NCBI GenBank assembly: GCA_965230185.1
Contig: OZ245995.1
Location: forward strand, 1,849,583-1,913,582
DNA length: 64,000 nucleotides
DNA from: Motiliproteus sp.
GTDB lineage: Bacteria > Pseudomonadota > Gammaproteobacteria > Pseudomonadales > Balneatricaceae
Direction of reading: 5' to 3'
The notes beneath the pieces are model-generated. The model worked only from the letters and a program-made list of their open reading frames with translations. It did no database searches and was not told the origin of the DNA. Positions 32,266 through 41,889 of this stretch are shown here, in pieces. The position numbers and the translations under genes are program-made. The number at the start of each line of letters is the position of its first letter. The first letter of the stretch is position 1.

Positions 32266-33795
32266 ATGGCTTACGAATCAATCAAAATCAGAAATCATAT
32301 CAATGGCCAGTGGCTGGACGAGAGCAACGGTCAGTATGCGCCGCTGCGTAATCCGTCCACCGGACAGGTGATCGGCGAGGTACCGCTGTCTTCGGAAGAG
32401 ACCTCGGCGGCTGCCGTTGCCGCGGCCGCTGAAGCCTTTCCGGCCTGGAGCGCGATGCCGCTGCCAAAACGTATGGATTACATCTTTAAAATGCACCAGG
32501 CGATGAAGGATAACCACGAGATGCTGGCCGAATCCATTGCCATCGACCAGGCCAAGCACATCGCCGAGGCCCGTGGCGAAGTGGGGCGGGTGATCGAGAT
32601 TCTGCAGATGGCCTGCAGCATTCCGGCGCTGGTTCAGGGAGAGACGGTGCAGGGCATCGCCAACAACATCAACGGCCGGCTGATCAAGGCGCCGCTGGGG
32701 GTGTTCTGTGGCGTGGCGCCCTTTAACTTCCCGGCGCTGGTGTTCGGCTGGTTTATCCCCTTTGCCATCGGTACCGGCAACACCTTCGTTTACAAGCCCT
32801 CCACCGAATCACCGCTGTTTATGCAGAAAATGATGCAGCTGCTGGTGGATATCGGTCTGCCGGATGGGGTGGTCAATATCGTTCACGGTGATCGTCAGGT
32901 GGTGGAAGCCTGGTATGACGACGACAATGTCGCCGGCGTCTGCCTGGTGGGCTCCACTCCGACCGCTAAGGCGATCGCCGAAGGCTGCGGCCGCAGTGGC
33001 AAGAAGACCATGCTGCTGGGCGGTGCCAAGAACTTCCTGGTGGCGATGGAAGACGCTCCCATGGATCTGCTGATCGAGAATATTCTGATGTCCGGCTACG
33101 GCTCTGCCGGTCAGCGTTGTCTGGCGGTCTCCAATATCGCCGTGGTACCGGAGATCCACGACCAGTTTGTCGAGCGCCTGCTGGAAGCCTCAAAAACCGT
33201 GAAGATTGGCGATGCCATGGATCCCGATGTCTTTATGGGGCCGGTGATCTCCTCGAAGGCGAAGGAGAAGATTCTCGAGTATATCCGCATAGGCGAGGAG
33301 GGCGGTGCCACCCTGGCGCTGGACGGTCGTGACCCGCAGCTGCCGGAAGCCAATGAGGCGGGCTATTTCGTCGGCCCCACCGTGTTTACCGATGTCACCC
33401 CCTGCATGCAGATTGCTCAGGAGGAGATCTTTGGTCCGGTACTGAGCATTATGAAGGTGGGCTGCATCGACGGTGCGCTGCGGATGATCCGCAACCATGA
33501 GATGGGTAACGGTGCCTGTATCTTCACCCAGAACAGCTACTACACCGAGAAATTCATCAACGAAGCGGATGTGGGCATGATCGGCGTTAACGTCGGTATC
33601 TGTGCGCCGCACCCCTATCTGCCATTCGGCGGTATCAAGGGGTCGCTGGTGGGTAACAACAAGGTGCAGGGTAAGGATGCTATCGACTTCTTCACCCAGA
33701 ACAAGGTGGCCACAGTGCGGGTGGTCAACCCGAAGGGCGACAACGCGCCGGCGAAGCCCGCCGACAGCAGCGTCCGCAGCTGCGTCGCCAGCTGA
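32266..33795 (+). CDS. Aldehyde dehydrogenase of the CoA-acylating methylmalonate/malonate-semialdehyde dehydrogenase type
   Basis: This 509-aa ORF has the catalytic Cys context SAGQRCLA and GGAKN in place of the usual ELGGK, as in MmsA/IolA-type enzymes. Confidence 0.75.
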   Translation: MAYESIKIRNHINGQWLDESNGQYAPLRNPSTGQVIGEVPLSSEETSAAAVAAAAEAFPAWSAMPLPKRMDYIFKMHQAMKDNHEMLAESIAIDQAKHIAEARGEVGRVIEILQMACSIPALVQGETVQGIANNINGRLIKAPLGVFCGVAPFNFPALVFGWFIPFAIGTGNTFVYKPSTESPLFMQKMMQLLVDIGLPDGVVNIVHGDRQVVEAWYDDDNVAGVCLVGSTPTAKAIAEGCGRSGKKTMLLGGAKNFLVAMEDAPMDLLIENILMSGYGSAGQRCLAVSNIAVVPEIHDQFVERLLEASKTVKIGDAMDPDVFMGPVISSKAKEKILEYIRIGEEGGATLALDGRDPQLPEANEAGYFVGPTVFTDVTPCMQIAQEEIFGPVLSIMKVGCIDGALRMIRNHEMGNGACIFTQNSYYTEKFINEADVGMIGVNVGICAPHPYLPFGGIKGSLVGNNKVQGKDAIDFFTQNKVATVRVVNPKGDNAPAKPADSSVRSCVAS

Positions 33796-33815
33796 TCAAC
33801 CGGATCTGGTCGATT

Positions 33816-33839
33816 GCCGCCCCTCGGGGCGGCTTTTTT
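33816..33839 (+). terminator. Intrinsic terminator after the ALDH gene
   Basis: GCCGCCC-ctcg-GGGCGGC followed by TTTTTT. Confidence 0.8.
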
Positions 33840-33893
33840 CTACCTGTTCGGTCCGCGCCGGCGCCTCTCTGTTTGTCAGGTTGCTCCGTCTTT

Positions 33894-34408
33894 TGTAGCA
33901 GCCCGCGGCTACAGTTTCCTTACACCCGTAGCAGCCCGCCCCGAGGGCGACAGGGGGGCGAGCATTTGCACGGTAGCGATCGCGGTCGGAGCCCGCTGCT
34001 ACAGTTCCCTTAACAGCCGTAGCAGCCCGCTCCGAGGGCGACAGCGGTGTAGCCACTTGCACGGGGGTGATCGCGGTCGGAGCCCGCGGCTACAGTTTCC
34101 TTAACAGCCGTAGCAGCCCGCTCCGAGGGCGACAGCGGTGTGGCCACTTGCACGGGGGTGATCGCGGTCGGAGCCCGCTGCTACAGTTCCCTTAACAGAC
34201 GTAGCAACCCGCTACGAGGGCGACAGGGGGTAGTTATCTGCACGAGGTCGATCGCGGTCGGAACCCGCTGCTACAGTTCTCTTAACAGCCGTCGCAGCCC
34301 GCTCCGAGGGCGACAGTGGTGTGAGCGTTTGCACGGGAGTGATCGCGGTCGGAGCCCGCTGCTACTGTTCCCTTAACACCTGTAGCAGCCCGCTCAGAGG
34401 GCGACCGG
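33894..34408. repeat. Tandem array (~5.5 units of ~91 bp) of a REP-like inverted-arm unit
   Basis: The unit is GTAGCAGCCCGCTCCGAGGGCGA - loop - TCGCGGTCGGAGCCCGCTGCTAC - linker. The whole unit is conserved, so there are no unique spacers. Confidence 0.85.
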
Positions 34409-34441
34409 TAGCAATCGTGCCGGCATTCTGCCAACCGGTTA

Positions 34442-35047
34442 TCAACCAGCGCTGACCAGAAAGTGGCGGATCCCGGTAAAGATAATTTCTGCCGCCATGG
34501 CCGCCAGAATCAGGCCGGTGATCTTGCTCAGAATATTGAGTCCGGTACTGCCCAGCAGCCGCTCGACAGCGGCGGACAGCTGCAGCAATACCAGCAGTGC
34601 AGCCAGCGCCAGCAGCATACCGAGAATACCGTATACCAGTTCGGCCCCCTGCAGCTCGGCGCCGAACACCAGAATGGTGCCGATAGTGGCGGGGCCGATA
34701 ATGGTGGGTATCGCCAGAGGGACCACCGAGATATCGTCGCGTTGTTCATCCGGTACATCGGCATGGGTACGAACGCCATCCTTGACCAGGCTGATTGCCG
34801 ACAGAAACAACAGAGTCCCGGCGCCGATCCTGAACGAGTCGAGGGTAATGCCCAGCAGGCCAAACAGTGGATTACCGAAAAAGAACAGCACCAGACTGAT
34901 CAGCGCCGCCGACATTACCGCTCGCCTGGCGGTACTGCGCTTAGTGGTTGCCGACTCTCCCCGGGTCAGCGACAGGAACATCGACACCACAAAAAAGGGG
35001 GCGAACAGAAAGAAGAATTTGATCCAGGTTGAAAATAACAAACTCAT
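34442..35047 (-). CDS. MarC family (UPF0056) integral membrane protein
   Basis: This 201-aa ORF begins MSLLFSTWIKFFFLFAPFFVVSMFLSLT and has six predicted hydrophobic segments. Confidence 0.75.
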   Translation of the reverse strand: MSLLFSTWIKFFFLFAPFFVVSMFLSLTRGESATTKRSTARRAVMSAALISLVLFFFGNPLFGLLGITLDSFRIGAGTLLFLSAISLVKDGVRTHADVPDEQRDDISVVPLAIPTIIGPATIGTILVFGAELQGAELVYGILGMLLALAALLVLLQLSAAVERLLGSTGLNILSKITGLILAAMAAEIIFTGIRHFLVSAG

Positions 35048-35213
35048 AGTTAAATATATTTGACGGTCAAAAGGGCCGCGATCATAGCACAGTTGCCGGG
35101 CTGTTCAATCGGGTACTGTCAGAGGTTGGTGTGGCGGAGGCCGGGGAAAATGTAACAAATACCAGCCCGATGGCTGGCAACAACAACCGAAAGGGCTTCT
35201 GCCAGGTCGGCTG

Positions 35214-35849
35214 TCAGCCCTGCTTCGGGCTGATACGGTAACTGCAGCGCAGATCTCCGGATAGCAGGTACTGTTCGCGGCTGACCGAAACCCCATCGCC
35301 CATAACCTGCTGCAGTAATGCCAGTTCCGAGCGGCAGAAACCCTGGCAGCGGGTGGCGGCGGCGCAGATCGGGCAATGGTGCTCCAGTAGCAGATAATCT
35401 CCGCTTTCCAGCTGTTGCCACTCCGCCATATAGCCTTCGGCGGTGCGCAGGCTGGCCAGAATCTGCAGTCGTTCACCGATGCTGTCTGCTTCCGTCAGCG
35501 CCTGGCTATACTGCCGTAGCAGTTGCTGTTCCCGCCGTTGTATCAGCTTCTCCAGACCTTCATCTCCGAACAGCTCGGTGACGGAATCGATCAGTGTCAG
35601 GGTCAGTTCAGAGTGAGTGTCGGGAAAACGCCGCAGCGCCGTTTCGGTAAGATGCCAGCTCCTTCTGGGGCGTCCCCGCCCGCTGGGAGTATCCTGCCAG
35701 CACACCAGCTGCTGCTGCTCAAGGCTCTGCAGATGCTGGCGTGCACCCATAGAGGTGATATCGAGGCTTTTTCCCAGTTCCGCTGCGCTGAGGGGGCCTC
35801 GGGTCTTAAGCAGGTAGAGGATACGGTCGGCATTGTTCTGTGTATGCAT
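35214..35849 (-). CDS. Winged-helix (ArsR/DeoR-like) transcriptional regulator with a Cys-rich C-terminal domain
   Basis: This 211-aa ORF has the HTH ILYLLKTRGPLSAAELGKSLDITSMGARQHLQSLEQQQLV and a C-terminal HHCPICAAATRCQGFC motif. Confidence 0.65.
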   Translation of the reverse strand: MHTQNNADRILYLLKTRGPLSAAELGKSLDITSMGARQHLQSLEQQQLVCWQDTPSGRGRPRRSWHLTETALRRFPDTHSELTLTLIDSVTELFGDEGLEKLIQRREQQLLRQYSQALTEADSIGERLQILASLRTAEGYMAEWQQLESGDYLLLEHHCPICAAATRCQGFCRSELALLQQVMGDGVSVSREQYLLSGDLRCSYRISPKQG

Positions 35850-35959
35850 GGGGCAATTATCAGCCAGTGTTTTTAATATATCAACATAAAGCTTTACTTA
35901 AACGGAAGTGTGAGTATATTAAATAAAGTTATTTGTTGTTTTATTTGGCTGGGCGGGAT

Positions 35960-37204
35960 ATGACTCGTACTGAACTGATTCTGTTTCTGACGGTGATGCT
36001 GGCGGTGGCCGGATTCAGTCTGCCGTCGCCGGTAATTACGCCGCTGTTTCTGGAACAGGGTGGTGGTCTGCTGCCGGCAGAGGCCGAACGCACTGTTCGG
36101 GTGTGGTGGCTGGCACTGATGCTGGGTTTGTATCCGCTGGGACAGATTATTGGCGCGCCCTGGCTGGGCAGACTGTCCGACCGCCTGGGCCGTAAACGAG
36201 TTCTGCTGCTGTCGCTGGTCGGGGTGCTGGCCGGCTATCTGGTGATGGCGGTGGCGGTGGATCAGCGCTGGCTGGCGGTACTGCTGATCACCCGGTTCTG
36301 GGAGGGACTCTGTAACGGCAATGTCGGCATCGCCCAGGCCATGGCCGCAGATATCAGCACGCCGGAACGGAAGCCGAGGTTGTTCGGGCTGCTGAACGTC
36401 GGCCTCAATATGGGCTGGATTGTTGGTCCGCTGCTGGGCGGCTATATGGCCGAACTGGGCGGTGCATTGGCGATTCCTTTCGCACTGGCGGCATTGCTGG
36501 CGTTACTGAATCTGATGGCGGTACTGTTCGGATTGTCTGAGCGTCCCGCTATGCAGGCGGCCGTTGTGTCGGCAAAAGCGCGGGGTACTCATTTCGAGCT
36601 GCTGACTCTGCCGGGGCTGCGACTGTTCTTTCTGCTGACTCTGCTCAGCTATGGCGCGGTGATGCTCTATTTCAGCTTCTTCAATGTCTGGCTGGTGGAG
36701 AAGTTTTCAGCATCGCCTGTCGATCTGGCCCAGGCCGCCGTGGTTATCAGCGTACCGATGATGTTCGGCAGCTGGCTGGCGGGTCGGCTGGCCGGGAAAA
36801 TGCGACTGCCCTGGCTGGGGGTGCTGGGACATCTGCTGATGGCGGTCGGCATGGTCAGTTTCGTGCTGCCTGACCGGTTGTTGAGCCTGGGGCTGGTGAT
36901 GGCGATCGCCGGCATCGGTATTACCATCGGTGAGCTGGCGACTTCGGTGGCGGTCTCGAATAACGCGCCGAAGCCAAGGCAGGGGGAGGCGATGGGGCTG
37001 TACCGAGCACTGGCGATGACCAGCGAACTGCTGGCTGCCGGCCTGGGGGCTTTGCTGATCATTCCCGGCACGGCGTGGGTTTACGTGGGAGCGTCGGCGC
37101 TGGCGCTGATCTGCGCGCTGATCTTTATGAGACTGCTGGCGGTCAGCGGCAAAACGGAGCCGCACCACAGTCTGGTGGCGAAACGTTCCGCGGACCAGCT
37201 CTGA
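35960..37204 (+). CDS. MFS transporter
   Basis: The protein has about 12 TM segments and the MFS motif A-like GRLSDRLGRKRV. The start is placed at ATG 35960. Confidence 0.8.
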   Translation: MTRTELILFLTVMLAVAGFSLPSPVITPLFLEQGGGLLPAEAERTVRVWWLALMLGLYPLGQIIGAPWLGRLSDRLGRKRVLLLSLVGVLAGYLVMAVAVDQRWLAVLLITRFWEGLCNGNVGIAQAMAADISTPERKPRLFGLLNVGLNMGWIVGPLLGGYMAELGGALAIPFALAALLALLNLMAVLFGLSERPAMQAAVVSAKARGTHFELLTLPGLRLFFLLTLLSYGAVMLYFSFFNVWLVEKFSASPVDLAQAAVVISVPMMFGSWLAGRLAGKMRLPWLGVLGHLLMAVGMVSFVLPDRLLSLGLVMAIAGIGITIGELATSVAVSNNAPKPRQGEAMGLYRALAMTSELLAAGLGALLIIPGTAWVYVGASALALICALIFMRLLAVSGKTEPHHSLVAKRSADQL

Positions 37205-37212
37205 TCACCGGG

Positions 37213-39090
37213 CTATCCTGTCCCTGAACCCAGCTCGACGGTATTGTCGCAGCTCAGGTAGCGATTTCGTCCCGCCACCTTAGCCCGGTACATGGCGTCG
37301 TCGGCCTGGTTGATCATCGCGTCCAGGCTTTCGGCATCCCGGGGGCAGATGCAGGCGCCGATACTGGCGGTGATCAGGATACTCAGCTTGTCGATCTGAA
37401 TCGGTTGCTGCAGGTTGCTCAGCAACCGCTGGCAAATCTGGTCGACCTCTTCCGGAGACTGCAGGGCTGGCATCAGCACGATGAACTCATCGCCGGCAAA
37501 GCGGGCCGCGGTATCCTGCTGGCGAACACTGATTTTCAGTCGTTCCGCGAATTCCACCAGCACCCGGTCACCGACGCTGTGACCGTAGTTGTCGTTAATC
37601 TGCTTGAAATGATCGAGGTCGATAAACAGCAATGCCAGCGGCTGCAAAGTTCGCTGCTGCTGACTGATGGCCTGATGGGCCCTATCCTGCAGCAGCGCCC
37701 GGTTAGGCAGGTTGGTGAGCAGATCATAGTTGGCCTGATGCCAGATACGAGCTTCCGCCTTTTTGCGGTCGGTAATATCAATTCCGGAGATAATCCGATA
37801 ACCGTTGCGCGGTTCTCTGTCCGCCAGTGGAACGACCCTCAGGCTCAGCACCGAGCAACGGTTATCCGGCCCGGGGACCCGGAGTTCCCGTAGTTGCTCC
37901 ACCCGGTCTTCGGAGCTGTTTGCCAGCCACTGCTGAAAGTAGTGGCTGTCTTCCGGAACCAGCAGTTCATGGAAGGGGCGGTTCAGCAACTGACGGCGGT
38001 TACGACCGGTGATCTGTTCGGCAGCAGCGTTGGCCCGGCAGATGCTGCCGTCCGGATAGAGTACAAAAGTGATGCTGCTGCTGGTTTCAAACATCGTTGT
38101 TTCAAAGGCTTTCTCATCCTCGAGAGCCTGCCTGGAGTGCTCCAGCGCCCGGGTTTTTCGGCTCAGTTTCCGGCACAGCCAGATCATCATGCCGGCAAAC
38201 AGCATATAGACGGACACCAGCAGCACCAGAAGCTGGTACCAGCGCTGGAATGCGGCACTGTCGTCGATCCCCAGAGTAATCACCAGTGGCAGATCAGAAA
38301 GCTGCCGGTGGGCGACCAGCCGCAGAAAGCCGTCGGTTTTTGCCGGCGGCCTGGATACGCCAACAGGGTTAACGGGCAGTATTTCGCTGAACAGCTTGCC
38401 TTCAGCAAAATTTCGGCCTTCGATGCGGTTGCTGAATGGATGGCGGGCGAAGCCTGTACCGTTGCGGTGAAAGATCGACAAAGAATCTTCCGCCCCCAGC
38501 ATCAGCAGCTTGTGGAACCCACGGAAGTAGCTGGAAACGATCCGGGCCGCCACCACTCCGGCAAAGGTGCCGTCCGGCTTGCTGACCTTTCGACTGAGCA
38601 CCAGGTGCCACTGATCTGTGCCTCTGCTCTGCTGAGGTTCGGAGATATAGAGCTCCGCCGGCCCCGGTGCGTTGTGAATCCGGAACCAGGGCTGGGCTGC
38701 GACTGCTTTCGGATCAGCAGCTGCAGCCCCCCGGGTGTTGCTGTTATAGAGCGCTGTCCCGGTTGCATCGAAGATACTGAGTGTTGAAATCTGAGGAAGG
38801 CCGGCGGCAAAGGCACTCATTTGCTGCGAAAAAGCGGTGGTCTGAATCAGCTCTGAGCGCCCGGCCAGTTGTCCGGCCGAGGATAGGATTCTGCCCACCT
38901 GTCGAAAGGACTCAGTGGTCTGATAATCCATCAGCTCGGCCAGCCGCAGAGCCTTTTCACGCCCCCCCTGATCGATTGAGCTACACACCTGCCACAGGTA
39001 GGCACTGAGGGCAATTGCCAGACCTGCCAGCAGTGCTATCGTCAGTTGCACTATCAGGCGGGGGGTTGAAGTGGCTGGTAATTCAGGCAT
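37213..39090 (-). CDS. Membrane diguanylate cyclase (Cache-like periplasmic domain, PAS, GGDEF with AGDEF active-site variant)
   Basis: This 625-aa ORF has a TM segment, a Cache-like region and a second TM segment, then a PAS domain. The GGDEF domain carries DLDHFKQINDNYGH, the I-site-like RQQD and RFAGDEF. Confidence 0.85.
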   Translation of the reverse strand: MPELPATSTPRLIVQLTIALLAGLAIALSAYLWQVCSSIDQGGREKALRLAELMDYQTTESFRQVGRILSSAGQLAGRSELIQTTAFSQQMSAFAAGLPQISTLSIFDATGTALYNSNTRGAAAADPKAVAAQPWFRIHNAPGPAELYISEPQQSRGTDQWHLVLSRKVSKPDGTFAGVVAARIVSSYFRGFHKLLMLGAEDSLSIFHRNGTGFARHPFSNRIEGRNFAEGKLFSEILPVNPVGVSRPPAKTDGFLRLVAHRQLSDLPLVITLGIDDSAAFQRWYQLLVLLVSVYMLFAGMMIWLCRKLSRKTRALEHSRQALEDEKAFETTMFETSSSITFVLYPDGSICRANAAAEQITGRNRRQLLNRPFHELLVPEDSHYFQQWLANSSEDRVEQLRELRVPGPDNRCSVLSLRVVPLADREPRNGYRIISGIDITDRKKAEARIWHQANYDLLTNLPNRALLQDRAHQAISQQQRTLQPLALLFIDLDHFKQINDNYGHSVGDRVLVEFAERLKISVRQQDTAARFAGDEFIVLMPALQSPEEVDQICQRLLSNLQQPIQIDKLSILITASIGACICPRDAESLDAMINQADDAMYRAKVAGRNRYLSCDNTVELGSGTG

Positions 39091-39199
39091 ACATCCCTGC
39101 AGTCGAATCAGAGTTCCTGAATATATAGACGAAGCCGTTACTGCGGGTCAACCTGGAGGGGCGGTAACTTATTGACTCAGCTCAGTCTGCGGACAGTTA

Positions 39200-40111
39200 T
39201 CAGTCCCGTTCACCGGCGGCGTTACGATCCACCAGTTTCGCCTGATCGCCGGTGACCCAGCGGATAACCGCCCCGTCCGGATTATCCTGCTGAACCCGAT
39301 CGCAGGCGTTGAGACACTGACCGCACTGGGTACAGGTGAACTTTGCCCGCTTGATGCTGCGGGTGTGAAGGCGCATCGGGCAGGCCTTGTCGCACTCCCG
39401 GTCGCAGCCCTTGCAGAGTGAAGCCCGTGATTTATCAAAACTGACCACCAGCGCTTTCGAGTTTCCCATCCACAGCAGACTCTGGAATACACCCAGGGCA
39501 CAGCCGAATTTGCAGAACAGGTGACGGGCAAAGAGAAAATCGATGGTGAACACCAGGGTGGCTACGGCCAGAAAGATAGCTGGTTTAAAACCCAGCTGGC
39601 CCAGGATCAGATCCTGGAACAGCGGCTTCGGTGGCAGCAGATAGGTGAGCAGGCTGAAGGCCCAGATAAAGGCCATGCCGATACTGACCGTTGCTACCAG
39701 CAGCCAGGGCAGAATTCCCCGGGTTTTTGCGGATGCTTTCTCCCACAGAGTGACCCGGTTGAGATGCTTCAGCATCAGCTGGTTGATCATCTCCACGACC
39801 GAGAAATGCGGACAGAGCCAGCCACAATAGACCCGTCCCAGTCGCCAGACGATCACCGCAGCAATCAGGATAAACAGGGATACCGGTAGAAAGGTACGGA
39901 GCAACAGGTTGGAAGCAACCTCAATGGCGTCGCCGCCCTGCTGCTGAAAGCCCTCCATCCCCAGAGTCCAGTTCTGACCAAAGATGATGAAATTGCCGAT
40001 TGTCAGATCGAGGCGAAAGATATCAAGCGTCGGCGCCAGCAGGAACAGCAGAAAGAAGCTGGTGCGGGTCAGCAGGCGGGCCTGATCCCGGGTTGGTCTG
40101 AATGAGGACAT
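39200..40111 (-). CDS. Membrane polyferredoxin (CcoG/RdxA/NapH-like 4Fe-4S protein, short form)
   Basis: This 303-aa ORF has several TM segments. It carries CGWLCPH, CKFGC, CKGCDRECDKACP and CTQCGQCLNAC cluster motifs. Confidence 0.7.
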   Translation of the reverse strand: MSSFRPTRDQARLLTRTSFFLLFLLAPTLDIFRLDLTIGNFIIFGQNWTLGMEGFQQQGGDAIEVASNLLLRTFLPVSLFILIAAVIVWRLGRVYCGWLCPHFSVVEMINQLMLKHLNRVTLWEKASAKTRGILPWLLVATVSIGMAFIWAFSLLTYLLPPKPLFQDLILGQLGFKPAIFLAVATLVFTIDFLFARHLFCKFGCALGVFQSLLWMGNSKALVVSFDKSRASLCKGCDRECDKACPMRLHTRSIKRAKFTCTQCGQCLNACDRVQQDNPDGAVIRWVTGDQAKLVDRNAAGERD

Positions 40112-40235
40112 CTGAACTGGGGCCTGTCGTACTTAATGGGATTGGCGTTACTGCGGTCATTGCAGGTTCCATCAACCGATGACCGATACCTTACCGGCAA
40201 TGACCGCGAGTCGCCTTGAGGCGGGTTAAGTTGCG

Positions 40236-40607
40236 TCAGCTTTCGACGATATCGGCCCGGGTGCTGTCGATAAAGGCCAGCACCTGTCCCCGTTCCGGCT
40301 CCGGTACGCTGAAGCTGTCGAGGGTCGCTTCCAGATGGCCGATAAAGGCGGACCAGTCGCCACTGCTGATATTCATACCTTTGTGGGACAGCTTCATATC
40401 GCGACCGGTGTAGTACATGGGGCCGCCGGCCGAGTTGCACAGGTAGTCGATCAGCAACTGTTTTTCACGGTTGATGCCGTCTTCGCCGCGATTCTGCCAG
40501 AAGCGACCGAGCAGCGAGTCGGCCTGCAGGCGGGGCAGCAGGTCGTTTACGACAGCGGTAACCGCATCGTAACCGCCAAGTCTTTCGTAGAGAGTTTTTT
40601 CGCTCAT
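40236..40607 (-). CDS. Group I truncated haemoglobin (trHbN)
   Basis: This 123-aa ORF contains LYERLGG...FW...LSHKGMNIS (proximal His context)...HL, typical of 2-on-2 globins. Confidence 0.85.
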   Translation of the reverse strand: MSEKTLYERLGGYDAVTAVVNDLLPRLQADSLLGRFWQNRGEDGINREKQLLIDYLCNSAGGPMYYTGRDMKLSHKGMNISSGDWSAFIGHLEATLDSFSVPEPERGQVLAFIDSTRADIVES

Positions 40608-40803
40608 TTCAGGCTCCTCTGTGGTTTCCGGGATGTACTGTTATGTCAGTATAGAAACTGGCAGCGGCCGGGCCTTCTCTGGCCGGTTTACAGTGGTTGA
40701 AAGGGTACCGGCTATGGCCGGTGGAGGTGTGACAGGGGAGTGATTTGTTTGTGAGATTTTTGTGATATTTCTGTCCGCCGCTGCCGCAACAGTCGGCGGA
40801 TGG

Positions 40804-41751
40804 TTAGTCGATCGATAGCAGATAGCCGATGCCGGAAATGGTCCGGATGCTGAGACCGGGCAGCTTTTTACGCAGTCGGCGGACCAGCGCCCGCAATGAA
40901 GACTCGCTGACAATCACGTCCGGCCAGATCTGCTGCTCGATCAGGCGGTGCTCCACCACCTGGTTAAGCCGGCTGACCAGCAGTTCAAACAGCAATGATT
41001 CCTTTCGGGTCAGTGCGACCCGCTCCGCCTCATAATAGAGGCTGCGTTCATCGCTCCGGTAGTGGTACTGTCGGTTGAGCTGGATGGTGGCGCCGGCCGA
41101 CTCAGCGGCGGCGCTGCGCTGACGCATAATCGTCGCCAGCCGTTTTTTATAGGACTGCAGCTCCTCTTCGACCTGAACGCGGCGGATATTGTTGCGCCAG
41201 GCGCGGATCAGGTTGCTGCAGGTGGACAGGAACGGTGCCAGGTAATCCACCAGCGCCTGGTCGTAACCGCCATCACGGTTGGCGATGCCGACCACGCCCT
41301 GTAGTTGTTGTCCACAGTAGAAGGGGAGTCCCAGGAAACTGTTCAGCGGCGGATGACCTTTCGGCAGACCGCCGCTGCGAGGATCGCTGGCTGGATTGTT
41401 GGAGATCACCGGACGGGCGGTCTTCAGAACTTCACCGTAGAGCGAATCCAGTTTCGAAAACAGCATGCCTTTCTCGGCGGTCTCTTCGTAGAGCCGTCGG
41501 GTCTCGCCGCTCCAGGCGATATTGGTGGTAGCGTAGCTGCGGATGCAGGGCTGACCGTCGGTATAAAATACCTCACCGATAAAACCGTACTCACTGCCGG
41601 TCAGTTCCAGCAGGTCATCCAGCAGACCGTTAAACAGCACCCAGGGATTGGACTCGGTAATGTAGCTGGACAGAGTCTGGCTGATGGTTTCCAGCAGCCT
41701 GATGTTGTCCAGCGTTTGCGGATCCGCCGGTGTAGGTGCGCGGTCTGCCAT
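40804..41751 (-). CDS. GAF domain + OmpR/PhoB-type winged-helix DNA-binding protein (no receiver domain)
   Basis: This 315-aa ORF has a GAF-like N-terminus (YGFIGEVFY...FLGLPFYCGQQLQGVVGIANR). Its C-terminus is trans_reg_C-like (LTRKESLLFELLVSRLNQVV...IRTISGIGYLL). Confidence 0.75.
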   Translation of the reverse strand: MADRAPTPADPQTLDNIRLLETISQTLSSYITESNPWVLFNGLLDDLLELTGSEYGFIGEVFYTDGQPCIRSYATTNIAWSGETRRLYEETAEKGMLFSKLDSLYGEVLKTARPVISNNPASDPRSGGLPKGHPPLNSFLGLPFYCGQQLQGVVGIANRDGGYDQALVDYLAPFLSTCSNLIRAWRNNIRRVQVEEELQSYKKRLATIMRQRSAAAESAGATIQLNRQYHYRSDERSLYYEAERVALTRKESLLFELLVSRLNQVVEHRLIEQQIWPDVIVSESSLRALVRRLRKKLPGLSIRTISGIGYLLSID

Positions 41752-41889
41752 TCAGGGTTCTCCGGATTACAGATGGCTCAGCGATAAAAGCGGCCAGTGT
41801 AGCAGACCCCGGCCGGCTGTCCTTAATCCGGATCAGGTGGCGGCTGCGGAAGTCCGGTTCAGCGGACTTCCGCATAACCAGGAGAGCGG

